The notes beneath the pieces are model-generated. The model saw nothing but the letters and a program-made list of their open reading frames with translations, searched no databases and was not told the origin of the DNA. A stretch of DNA of 63,279 nucleotides, the filler included, from Asterionella formosa (Eukaryota), in the NCBI GenBank assembly GCA_002256025.1. It is 14 parts of 14 records of this genome, joined end to end, with 100 filler letters (N's around TTAATTAATTAA, not from the genome) between each part and the next. Parts side by side here need not be neighbours in the genome. Positions count along the whole stretch, not along the records: positions 33,198 to 55,827 come from NKIB01002668.1; positions 55,928 to 57,318 come from NKIB01002669.1; positions 57,419 to 58,808 come from NKIB01002671.1; positions 58,909 to 60,298 come from NKIB01002672.1; 10 more parts are not named here. The stretch is one strand, 5' to 3'. Positions 49,613 to 60,398 of the stretch are shown here, piece after piece. Both the position numbers and the translations under genes were made by a program. The first letter of the stretch is position 1, and every line of letters starts with the position of its first letter.

Positions 49613-51928
49613 ATGGCACCGCCTTTAACTCCTTCGTGGCAGTCCAATCAGCTACTCGTCCCTTCGATAGTACTTGGCTTGTCATGCGGAGTCGGCTACT
49701 TTATCGCCCACTCTGGATCCAAGCGCGTCTCGTGGGAAAAGACGTCCAGAGTCCTTGCGCGAGAGATTGTTAATCCCACGATTCCCTGGTGGCTCTTGTT
49801 GTTTGGGCAACGCGCTGTCTTCCCACTCACTGCCTGGTGGATATGGAATCAGATGGGAGAAGATGATGCAGGAGGGACTTATGGAAAGGATCCTGATTTA
49901 ACCACTCCAGGGCCGCCGAAAGATGCAACTCCCAAAAGTCGCAACGTCAAAATGGCCGTCGACGGAAGAAGCGCCTCACAGATGGACACGGTCAAAACGA
50001 AGAACTCGACTGGTGAATCTCGACCAGTGCCAAATATGGATCTTTCGGTTCTGGAACAAATTGTTGTGCCGCCTGACTTGACGAAGAAGTCATCGACTGA
50101 GCCTCAGAGATATTTGGAGATGCTCGTTCACAATGTATCGCACAAAGACCTGGTGTTGAGCTTGGACGCTAGGGACAATGGTGAGTATTGCCTGTGTCGG
50201 CCTAGATTCTCAGCCTTTGATTTGTACTCCAGACGAATCCTGGCAGCGATACCAGATAATCCTGAAATTGTTTCATTTAGTCGGTACGAACGATCGGACG
50301 CTACACCTAGGTATTCCATTGTCACCCCAAGACCAAGTCGACAGAAGAAAATTCCAGCTGGTCTCAAACTGCCTTTTGAAGACCAGCGATTGCATATTCC
50401 TTGCAACGAACTCGTTAATTTACGGGTGAGAGGCCGAGATGCTCCTCGTATCGAACGAGATGCTACCGCCACATCATCAAGGCTTCAGATCGATCATGTC
50501 TTCTTCCCCCTGCTGGCCACTCTACTGCCTCGATGGAATCAACAAATGAATCAAAAATACGCGACCTCGACGCCTGATGTCAAAAAAGTTTTGATTCTGG
50601 TCTCTGGCGTAGGAACACCCCGAAATTGGACTCACTCCATTTCCGGAAATTCAACGGAAGCGTGTGCCCAGCTCATGGAGAAATTCATTCAACTCCTACA
50701 CCCCGAAATTACTATTGTCTTGATTCATTCTCAAACAAATCTCTTTAGGTACGACGAGAACATCTTATTTGCCAAGCACGAGCTAGTGCCGCAGATTGAT
50801 GCCTACAGAGATGCTCATGCCAAAAACCTACCATACCCAGATGAAATAGATCGATCGAATCTTTCATTTGAAGTGTACGAAGATTGGCCTTTTAGTCCAG
50901 ACTGGAAGCAGTCCTTTCATATTACCTTGAGTTTTGCTGACGGAACGCCTGCTCGTACACATGCCATTCAAACGTCATTGCGACCCTACAGGCCAGACTT
51001 TTTGCACTTTTGGCAGCTCCAGACCTTTTGGCACGACACAAAAATTGTGGACGATGACATTGAAATGCATTCTTTTGAAGATATGGAGACTGTTCCTGCT
51101 ATGGATTGTTCTGATGTGCTCGACGACGAGACCAAGTCTGTAATTGTAGAAATGAATGCATTTCGACAAGAGTTCTTGGAATTGCTAGAAGGACGGAATG
51201 ATGTACGTCAATTTTGGTTACGGAAAACCAATAAGCCTGTTCTGGCTGTACTGTTGGTCCAGCCGCCAAATAAGCCAGCCATCCTGTATCGTGGAACTAA
51301 TATGGAAGTTAGTATGCCCACGGGGAGTTTGTGTGCCGAGCGCAATGTGATTGGAACTGCGTTGGCTAGCAATCCTGGTCTGAAACGAGAAGATTTGCGA
51401 ATGGTTGCAGTATTGGCTGTGCCACTACCGGACCCTGAGGAGCTGATATCAAGGCCTACCAATATCAGTCGGAATATGAGTTTTGCAAGCTATTCGAGCG
51501 TAGTGAATAACGAGGACGAAGAATGGATAATTGGTGAAAATGACGAAGAATGCACGACGGAGCGACTCGCCAATGTGGTTACAGTCCAGAAATCACCTCC
51601 AGTGTATCCATCACTTGGCCAACAAGTTCCGGCCTTTCACTTGCCGGTTCCAGCAAGTGTTGAACCAACTCCTCCTGGAACTCCAATTCGGCGTATCCAC
51701 TTATATCCACAAGCACGGGAGACAACATCCAAACCAATCATGGGTGGAAGTCGTAAACAAAAGCGCACAGTTTTGGTCCATTCTGCAAAGGATCTAAATC
51801 CACTGAAACCCTGCGGTGCTTGCAATGAGTGGCTCAAGAAGATTGCCGAGTCCAATCCCTACTTTAAGGTTGTGACTTTCACAGACGCGGGATGCTCTGG
51901 AGTCTATGTGTGTCCTTGCCAAGCGTAG
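49613..51928 (+). CDS. Large cytidine-deaminase-domain protein with N-terminal hydrophobic segments and an unassigned alpha/beta (CARF-like) middle domain
   Basis: Zn-deaminase motifs RGTNMEVSMPTGSLCAERNVIG and PCGACNEWL in an uninterrupted 771-aa ORF. The middle-domain assignment is inference. Confidence 0.85.
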   Translation: MAPPLTPSWQSNQLLVPSIVLGLSCGVGYFIAHSGSKRVSWEKTSRVLAREIVNPTIPWWLLLFGQRAVFPLTAWWIWNQMGEDDAGGTYGKDPDLTTPGPPKDATPKSRNVKMAVDGRSASQMDTVKTKNSTGESRPVPNMDLSVLEQIVVPPDLTKKSSTEPQRYLEMLVHNVSHKDLVLSLDARDNGEYCLCRPRFSAFDLYSRRILAAIPDNPEIVSFSRYERSDATPRYSIVTPRPSRQKKIPAGLKLPFEDQRLHIPCNELVNLRVRGRDAPRIERDATATSSRLQIDHVFFPLLATLLPRWNQQMNQKYATSTPDVKKVLILVSGVGTPRNWTHSISGNSTEACAQLMEKFIQLLHPEITIVLIHSQTNLFRYDENILFAKHELVPQIDAYRDAHAKNLPYPDEIDRSNLSFEVYEDWPFSPDWKQSFHITLSFADGTPARTHAIQTSLRPYRPDFLHFWQLQTFWHDTKIVDDDIEMHSFEDMETVPAMDCSDVLDDETKSVIVEMNAFRQEFLELLEGRNDVRQFWLRKTNKPVLAVLLVQPPNKPAILYRGTNMEVSMPTGSLCAERNVIGTALASNPGLKREDLRMVAVLAVPLPDPEELISRPTNISRNMSFASYSSVVNNEDEEWIIGENDEECTTERLANVVTVQKSPPVYPSLGQQVPAFHLPVPASVEPTPPGTPIRRIHLYPQARETTSKPIMGGSRKQKRTVLVHSAKDLNPLKPCGACNEWLKKIAESNPYFKVVTFTDAGCSGVYVCPCQA

Positions 51929-52574
51929 AACTGTAGACTTGCTGAACATAATAGATATGGTAGATCAATAAAATGGTATTATATTTTAATTATCCCAAGC
52001 CATAGTTCTGCACTAGACTCGTGACTGAATAGCTATCCCGGTATTCTTTTTTAAAACTTATATTGATAGTAATAAATATTTAAGTAAGAAAATAAGAACA
52101 CAGACAAATACACTTGCTAGTGTCATTTTGTGTTGAACAGAACAAATGTATATAGGCCCAGCCTCACTTGTGAAAGCGCAGACCCTAGCATCTCCACATC
52201 AAGGAATTGACGTTTCTGTCAGAATTGACGTGGTCCTTCTGACTAAAGGACCAATGGCAACGACCAATGGTTTATTTTATTGTATATTAGCCTATGATGG
52301 TCTACCGGTAGTGAGGAACCTATGGCAACCTGATGTCGCAGTAAGAAAGTATCTTTACGAAAGTGAAGGAATCATCGCTCTTTCAAATCAGCCATACATT
52401 GAAAAATTACATGATTAATTTCTCACAAATCTACACAACTTGCCAAATGCACTTCCTTATTTCCTTATTTCGAATGCAAACAGTACATTGTTTTGCTTCC
52501 AAGAAGAATGTGCTGAACTTCTGCGCCAGTCTGGTGCACTAATTGATGAAAGGATACATCGTTCTCGTACCAAC

Positions 52575-53291
52575 ATGGGAATGCTGCATCAAGCCCACAC
52601 CTTTTCACAAGTCGATAAATCACAAGATTGGATCGGGCACACATCGACTCTGGACAAGGCGGGGTCCAGTGCTAGAAAAAATAAAGATCCAGTGGCTCAA
52701 AAACCAGGTGCGGTCCCGGAGTCAGTTGAGGACCGGAATATTGCAAAGTTTCCAGCCTCTCTGATTCATTCCGCTTCTGCTGGTCCATTCCCTGTAAAGC
52801 TATATCGCATGCGGAACATCAAGGTAGTGAAGACATAATATCCTTTTACCCTGACGGGCGTTCCTTCGGGATTCACGATCCAAAACGGTTTCAAGACGAG
52901 ATAATGCCTCGATACTTCAAAACTGCCAGGTATATTTCCTTTCAACGCCAACTCAACCTCTACGGTTTCAGCAAGTGCACCATTGGTAGAGATAATCGAG
53001 GCTTCTTTCATGAGTCCTTCATACAGAACAAGCCTCTGCTTTGCAAGCAGATCACACAAACAACAGAAGGTTCCAATGGTCGATGTCTATCATCCGTTCC
53101 TGGACGATGCCAGCATTCTTGCTACAAGTATGAGCACTCCTACAATGCAGCAACAAGCGGCTACTCTTCATCAGTACGACGCTAGCCTACAAGGAATTCC
53201 ATGGTATCAAACGCCATTTGATGGCGCTGGATTATCTACTATGATATGCATACATTGCGCTTATCGACATAGGACAATTGTAAAAAGCTGA
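52575..53291 (+). pseudogene. HSF: Frameshifted HSF gene
   Basis: FPVKLYRM (one frame) continues as AEHQGSEDIISF...MPRYFKTARYISFQRQLNLYGF (another frame) with no room for an intron near 52810. A second apparent shift lies near 53057 (KQIT / KQQKVP). Confidence 0.75.
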
Positions 53292-54213
53292 AGCAAGCAG
53301 TCATTTGCTGACAAATAACAATGCGCCAAAAAATTCGAGTGTTGTAACCTAGAACAAGGCTGCCAAGATTCGCCAAGCGTCCATCCCTCTTCTCATTTCG
53401 CAGCCATGGCTGTGATTCATTCAACTAAAATTAAAGTTATCTCGCCACTCTGCCTGTCTCTAAAATGACATGTTTTTTTGTTTTGATGCTTGAAAGTACC
53501 ATTACCAGCGGTGGTACTTTTAATAAATTGCACGTGGTCAGTCACGAACAAAAATTTGGCTGTTTGTTCTCACGATACACATACGAATATTTACGTGGCG
53601 GGACCAGCTCTTACTGGGCGGAGTACCTGGTACTGGTCGGATCTGGGACTGAGTCACATACTACCAGGGTCCCAGTACCGGTACCGTTAGATTGATAAAA
53701 TTGCATCCATGTCCTTACAGTCGTTGTGCTTGGTACCAGTAGTCTAGTCGTAGATAATATGATTGTATGCAGTATCGCGACTTACAATTCCGGATGATTA
53801 ACGTGTAAACCTCCTACCACTGTATGTATTTACCAGGCAGAGATTGTACTAGTCGTAGTCGTGTGTTTTTACCTTCAAGTATATACCGTACCAGGACCAA
53901 GTAGTTTCTAGTCGCCTGCTGATGACCAACCCTCGTTTCGATTCATTACCGTTCTCATTCATATCGCCTACCGGTACCTGGTACCGGTATGTGGAATATA
54001 AATGATAATATAGTCAGTCATTAAACTACCGGTACTTCCGGTATTAGTCAGTCGAAGAAAATCGAATCGGAAGAGAGAAGGTCACAATAAACTCAACCGC
54101 CTCTACTCGCAACGACTCAACATCCAACTCCACTTTCAGCAGATCATATTCCGACTGAACGAACACACACAACTACCGATAGCAACATAACATCAAACTC
54201 GCAACGTACCATA

Positions 54214-54747
54214 ATGACGAAAAGGGTTTCCTTCTCCCACATCAACGTGGCGCCTTTCGAGATTCCATCCGACGCAGAAAAAGTGAGGCGATGGTTCACC
54301 AATGCAGACTTTTGCTCCTTTCAAGATGACCGCAAGGCCTGCATCAAAGCAGTCAAGCTTGCCGACGGCGACTTGGAGCAGCTAGATCACAACATGTACT
54401 GCATCAGGGGCTTAGAAGACAAGATTTCTGTCGACCATTACAAGGAAAAGATTTGCAAGCGGAACGCCGTTATCAGAATGATTTTGAGGACACAACAGCT
54501 GCAAAAGGAACAGAAGAAGCCAGATGCTGAATATTTGAAAATGATTTCCATCATGTGCTCCCAAATGGCAAAAAACCAAGCCCTTGCTATGGCCCGATCT
54601 GATGAGTTGTCGTGTGACAGACCGCATAGACGGTGTGGTAGTAAAAGAGATCGAGGGGAAAATCAAGAATCGCTATCACTGCCATGCAAACGATTCGCAA
54701 CCATGGAAGCTGGAAATGAGTACGACCAACGGATGGGTTCCACATAG
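54214..54747 (+). CDS. Uncharacterised diatom multigene-family protein (KRVSF...W...RGLE...Q..Q...S..A..A pattern)
   Basis: A 177-aa ORF with a motif layout typical of an expanded diatom family; function unknown. Confidence 0.75.
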   Translation: MTKRVSFSHINVAPFEIPSDAEKVRRWFTNADFCSFQDDRKACIKAVKLADGDLEQLDHNMYCIRGLEDKISVDHYKEKICKRNAVIRMILRTQQLQKEQKKPDAEYLKMISIMCSQMAKNQALAMARSDELSCDRPHRRCGSKRDRGENQESLSLPCKRFATMEAGNEYDQRMGST

Positions 54748-55098
54748 ATGGGATGCTCTACATGGGGTATAGACATGCCACATATAGACAACGCACATGT
54801 ACACAAACAAAACAATATGCTAAAATACTTTTTCCGCGCTAAATATGGTGAACGCCTACTAGTGCCCTCTTTTTACCACATGTAGCTATCAGCATAGAGC
54901 AAACGCGATTCTAGAAAATCATTCATTTCCATCATAACTGCTGCAGTCGAGTGATGGGAATGCTGTCTTGTCCTCTATAGTAACATAACACATTCATGCA
55001 TAACTTAAGCTGATGGCCGAACTACTGCCTTTTTCAAAACTCATGACCAACTAGCATTTCACTGGATAAATTGCTCCGAGTGAGTGTCATTCTTGACG

Positions 55099-55236
55099 CA
55101 GCAGTCGAATTTTCGAGTCAGTTTTCTACTCATGCAAAACATACCATGCCACAAGTATCATGATCCAGCAGTCGAATTTGCGAGTCAGTTTTCTACTCAT
55201 GCAAAACATACCATGCCACAAGTATCATGACCCAGC
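55099..55236. repeat. Near-perfect 67-bp tandem duplication
   Basis: CAGTCGAATTT.CGAGTCAGTTTTCTACTCATGCAAAACATACCATGCCACAAGTATCATGA starts at 55102 and 55169. Confidence 0.9.
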
Positions 55237-55927
55237 CAGTTAGGGAATAGGTAAGACCTAGACCCTATTTAAATGGTCAAGGCATACAATAAGAACGTTT
55301 TAAATTCAAGATTACCGCTATTTGGCTCGTGGACTGTGAGACTGAAAGAAAAATGTACGAGTCTGACAGTACAGATGCTAATTTTACCAAGATTGCTTTC
55401 TTGATTAATTATCGCATTAGAAATAGTGCAATGGCTTTTTCGAACTCTAATTGTCATGAACAGTTATTTTTCAGATCATGTAAGCAAACCTCGACATTGA
55501 TTAGGAGTACCAAATACTGCCAGTACTATGTACCCCAAATGGGAAGTAGTACAGTACCAGGTACCAGGTACCAGGTACCAGATGACCTCATCTTGCTGCA
55601 GCTTTACATCAGACTCCCACCTGTTGGAGTACCTGGTGACGACTCACCTGGTACTACCTCGTGCTAGTCATTTTGCTTGAACGGAAAACTTGACGACAGA
55701 TAGATCCCTTATGGTAACAATGTAACCATACATCTTCAATTCACGACTGTTTGAAAATCGTCTGTATCATGACTAACGGCAATGCAGTGAGTGATGTACT
55801 CCAGTAGCTAGTTTCTTTGTGTGCGTTNNNNNNNNNNNNNNNNNNNNNNNNNNNNNNNNNNNNNNNNNNNNTTAATTAATTAANNNNNNNNNNNNNNNNN
55901 NNNNNNNNNNNNNNNNNNNNNNNNNNN

Positions 55928-57073
55928 TGTCTGTAGGAACTAATCAGCTTACTGGCCCAATTCCATTGGAGCTTGGACAGTTGACCAACATCATAGGATT
56001 GTCATTGCTTGATAACAAGTTAACAGGAACACTTCCAACAGAAATTGGCCAATTAACTAACCTTGCTTTTTTTTCGTTAGCGAGTAACTTTTTGAAGGGA
56101 ACACTTCCTACTGAGATTGGATTCTTGACAAGTCTAATAACATTGCATCTACTTGATAATCAGTTGACTGATGTACTTCCAACAGAAATTGGCAATTTGA
56201 AAAATGTTGTAAATTTTGATGCAAGCTTAAACCTTTTCAATGGAAAATTTCCTACAGAGTTTGGATTCTTGACAAAACTAACATTATTGTATTTATATGA
56301 TAATCAATTGACTGGTGCAATTCCGACAGAAATGGGCAAATTAACAAGCTTAATGGGATTTTACGCCTACAGCAACCATTTCAATGGCACCCTTCCTACA
56401 GAGATTGGACTCTTGACAAGTCTGACCGGCTTATCTCTTTTGGCTAATAATTTGACTGGCACTATGCCTACAGAGATTGGACTCTTGACAAGTCTAACCA
56501 GCTTATCTCTTTTTGCAAATAATTTGACTGGCACTATGCCTACAGAGGTTGCATTCTTGACAAGCCTAACATTATTGTATCTATTTGATAATCAGTTGAC
56601 TGGTTCTTTTCCGACAGAAATTGGCAATTTGACAAGCCTCATAGAATTTGGAGCTTCCAGTAACTATTTCAATGGAACACTTCCTACAGAGATTGGATTC
56701 TTGACAAGACTAACGTTATTGTATCTACAATTTAATCAGTTGTCTGGTGTACTTCCGGCAGAAATTGGCAATTTGACAATTCTCAATGATTTTGAGATTC
56801 ATTCCAATATGTTTACTGGTTTAATTCCCACCGAAATTGGTCGCATGTCTTCCTTGAGTAAGTTTTGTTTATCTGAAACTTACATCTCTTGACCATTTGT
56901 TCTAATATTTCACTTTTTTGATAGCCATTTTATCTCTCGACAATAATAATTTTGCAGGGACAGTTCCAACAGAAGCATGTAATATTGCTACAATAAAGGG
57001 CATTTATGTTTGCCCACCACTGATTTGCAACTGCAGCAGGTCATGTATCATTGACAAGACTTGTTCTGCGTAG
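55928..57073 (+). CDS. Plant-type LRR protein, 5' partial, paralogue of 24250-25518; intron 56858-56924
   Basis: Same 24-aa LRRs, a near-identical last intron, and the Cys-rich C-cap CPPLICNC. Confidence 0.9.
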
Positions 57074-57115
57074 ATCTCACCATATCTATTAATCAACACA
57101 CCTGTTCTAATAAGG

Positions 57116-57195
57116 TTAGTGTTAGTGTTAGTGTTAGTGTTAGTGTTAGGGTTAGGGTTAGTGTTAGTGTTAGTGTTAGTGTTAGTGTTAGTGTT
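57116..57195 (+). repeat. Telomere-like hexamer tract, (TTAGTG)n with a central (TTAGGG)2
   Basis: About 13 hexamer units read directly from the sequence. Confidence 0.85.
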
Positions 57196-57581
57196 TTCTA
57201 TGTACAAAAGAATCGCAAAATGGTAGCTAAATATTTATATGCTAGTGCCTACGAGGAGAAAAAGAATTATAGCACGTTACTTTGTCTATAACAAGAAAAT
57301 TATTAGGTGTTTGGTTCCNNNNNNNNNNNNNNNNNNNNNNNNNNNNNNNNNNNNNNNNNNNNTTAATTAATTAANNNNNNNNNNNNNNNNNNNNNNNNNN
57401 NNNNNNNNNNNNNNNNNNCCAGAATGATCAAGTCGGCAATCAGAATTTACCGCATTGTGAGAAAGATTTTGAGCCGTCGCTAAGCTCAGATTTAGGAACA
57501 TCAATTTGGATCCACGTGGTATGCTGGTGCAATAGTTCGTCAGTCATTGACCCTTGTGATCAAAATCAATTCCAAAACAAA

Positions 57582-58808
57582 TTATTCCTCCATGTTGTCG
57601 TGAAATATATAACTTTTTGTGTATACTGCTTTGCGCTCACAGTGATGATCTTTGAAGAAAGTTGCAGCTTCATTCAGGCCTTGAATGAGAGTGCAGATCA
57701 TAAAAGCCATTCGTCGGGGGACTTTCAATGTTTTGACCGTTGTCCTCGTTCCTTCAGGTGCAATTTGATAATTTTTGTTGACAATATCAGGTGAAGGCTC
57801 CATCAGCAGTTCTGCATCGCACGATATGAAATCCTTTCGCAATTTATACTTGCTGATATACCATTTCCCTAAGCTGTATCGTTGACAGTAGTGCAACACG
57901 TGAGGTAAATCCTTCTGTGGAAAGTTCTTGCAAACTCTCGTTTTTGGATTAACTGTGTCAATGGTTTGCCATCCTTCGGCGGGCACGAGGGTATCTGACA
58001 CCATGAACCCATATGCAACACGATGTGGAAGATTCAAATGAGCAGCGGCCAAACAGTATGCAAACATCTCAGCCAGCAAATGAGGATAATTGTCGTACAC
58101 CAAGGGAACGAATTCTGTCCATTTTTCTACAATGGCGTACATGTCCTTGGCTGTAGCTATATATGGAGGCCCCACTGAGTAGTGCATCCTCGCTTCGTCC
58201 ATGTCCATGCCCTCTATTCGTGATGGTTGCCCTCCGGCCACATGAGTCATATTGACTTTCGTTTTCCATTGAAGGCCAAAGCCATATTGTTGTGCAAAGG
58301 GAGACCCGTGTTCCACCTTATTTCGCATAGGAATAGAACTCGTTGGTGTTGGTCTCCAAACCTCTGAAGAATTTGTAAAATCGTTTGTAAATGGTCGCAG
58401 TAGTATCTGATCCGGGTCCACCAAAATGACAATGGCGTTGGAATTCTCGGGGTTATCAGGAAATCCCAAAACATGTTCCATCCAATGTCTCACGCCAAAT
58501 GGCTTATTAAAATATTTGAATCTCAGACCTGGTTTTACAGTTGCGAATTCGGGAGTCAAGTGAAGGTAGAAGCGGTCTGACATGATTTCAATTTGTTCCT
58601 TGTGTAGCTGCTTCATGGCTTCGGTATCCTCATCCCTACATCCTGAGGCAATTCTTGTGACTCGACCCTTTTGTCCTGATTTGAGTGCGTGGAAAAAGAA
58701 AACATACGATTGCCAGTCTTGAAACAACGAGCATCCCGTCGAAAAGATGAGGTGATATTCTTGTTCGTGATCGTCTGTACCAGGCTTGATTGTCGAGGTA
58801 ATTCGTTG
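57582..58808 (-). CDS. Peptidyl-serine galactosyltransferase / hydroxyproline arabinosyltransferase-like glycosyltransferase (SGT1/HPAT-like), 5' truncated
   Basis: Motifs IFSTGCSLFQDWQS, SGQKGRVTRIASGC, FNKPFGVRHW, LVDPD (DxD), LAEMFAYCLAAAH and LHYCQ. Confidence 0.8.
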   Translation of the reverse strand, partial: QRITSTIKPGTDDHEQEYHLIFSTGCSLFQDWQSYVFFFHALKSGQKGRVTRIASGCRDEDTEAMKQLHKEQIEIMSDRFYLHLTPEFATVKPGLRFKYFNKPFGVRHWMEHVLGFPDNPENSNAIVILVDPDQILLRPFTNDFTNSSEVWRPTPTSSIPMRNKVEHGSPFAQQYGFGLQWKTKVNMTHVAGGQPSRIEGMDMDEARMHYSVGPPYIATAKDMYAIVEKWTEFVPLVYDNYPHLLAEMFAYCLAAAHLNLPHRVAYGFMVSDTLVPAEGWQTIDTVNPKTRVCKNFPQKDLPHVLHYCQRYSLGKWYISKYKLRKDFISCDAELLMEPSPDIVNKNYQIAPEGTRTTVKTLKVPRRMAFMICTLIQGLNEAATFFKDHHCERKAVYTKSYIFHDNMEE

Positions 58809-60029
58809 NNNNNNNNNNNNNNNNNNNNNNNNNNNNNNNNNNNNNNNNNNNNTTAATTAATTAANNNNNNNNNNNNNNNNNNNNNNNNNNNNNNNNNNNN
58901 NNNNNNNNGATTAAATTGTTTATTTAAGCAAACTACCGGTACCACAACTTGCTAGTGGTCAAGTTGTGAGTCATGGTGGGTCCGCCAGCGGCAGGAGTCC
59001 GTTCGGTGAATACCGGCATGTCGAGATGTACAGGACATACCGGCAACAGCTGGAAAATATATTCGAGTACCAGGAGGTCCTGGTACCGTAACTGATGCTG
59101 GTCCTGCAACCAGTGCCAGGGCAGCTTTACCGGTACCTGGTACCAGGTACCAGGGTACCAGTACCAGGTACGCACCGTTGTACAGAAGTCTTGGAGTAAC
59201 AGGTTCCAGTACTTGGGAGGCGAGGCAAGATCAGCCATTTTTTTTTCAATACCAGGAAGCCAATACCTTGCAGGAGATACCAGAGGTGCCTCAAGATGAC
59301 AACCTTTCTTCTGATATCTTTGTCACAGCACTCTCATCAACAGCTTCATGTGGCATCACCACCACAACAGGCACATCCTGGCGCAGTTCCAGTACGGGGA
59401 TCAAGAATCACTCCACAGCATGATTCCTTTTTGAATGCTGACAATGATTTTGCCACCCATGAGATTCAGAAGTGAACAAGGCCAGCTGGAACCTGCAACA
59501 CTATTCAATGCTGAACTTGTGGTTGATTCCGAACTTGCCAGCAATGCCTCTCTTGTTGACGTTGAAGCAGAAGAAACAGCCCAATGTCAACGTCAAGTAA
59601 AGACTGCTTTGTTAATATTTTTGGTAATTGACATCTTCGTTTCCATCCCAATTCAGCTCCATCAGAAACTCCATCAGTAAGCCCATCTCAAAGTTTGTTT
59701 GGATTCTTGGCTGAACATTCGTTTGATAACGGAACAGCACTTTCAACTACTGGCTCCTCACAAAAAAGGCACGTTGGAGAAGTCGACACATTATAATAGT
59801 GATAAATACGGGAACGAGATTGCTCGGGTTCTCCGGGTAATTGGTGACTTACTGCTTACTGCAACTGATGAATCAGATATCCACAGTATTGATGGGTACT
59901 GGTACAACGTGGTTGTACCATCTACGTAGATACATACTAACCTAGTAAAAAGTACTGCTGGAACGGCCTCAAGTCACAACTTGTTGGACCTACCATTACA
60001 GCAGGGCACTAACAGGCCAATTCGTCTTT

Positions 60030-60298
60030 AGATAGCATCTTATCAGATTATGAGACCGAGTCTACTAGTTCATGAACCGACGAAGAGTGACTAGTAGAAC
60101 CATGGATCCGAAAGTGGTGGAATTGTCTGGAATGACTCAACATGAGTTGGAAACACTCGCAAACGCCGGTCTGACAAATACAGACAATCTTTCCGTCCTC
60201 GAAGAAGCGGACATCGTCCAGTTACTTCCCAACTCTTCTATCCTGCTTAGGCGCAAGTTGGCAAGACTTGGGACATTTCTCGCAAGAGGACATGTCGT
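60030..60298 (+). mobile_element. Possible 5' end of an LTR retroelement (LTR end, PBS-like site and start of gag)
   Basis: ...TTATCA (ending 60045) is followed by GATTATGAGACC, which resembles the Copia half-tRNA-iMet PBS GGTTATGRGCCC. A helical SAM-like ORF (MDPKVVEL...) then runs into the spacer. Confidence 0.4.
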
Positions 60299-60398
60299 NN
60301 NNNNNNNNNNNNNNNNNNNNNNNNNNNNNNNNNNNNNNNNNNTTAATTAATTAANNNNNNNNNNNNNNNNNNNNNNNNNNNNNNNNNNNNNNNNNNNN

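Noticed and set aside
57004..57291. NT-repeat and VS-repeat ORFs
   Set aside because: They are translations of the hexamer repeat tract.
28725..58808. Hydroxyproline-glycosylation gene cluster (P4H, SGT1/HPAT-like and SLC35A)
   Set aside because: The genes are on separate contigs joined artificially, so no linkage can be inferred.
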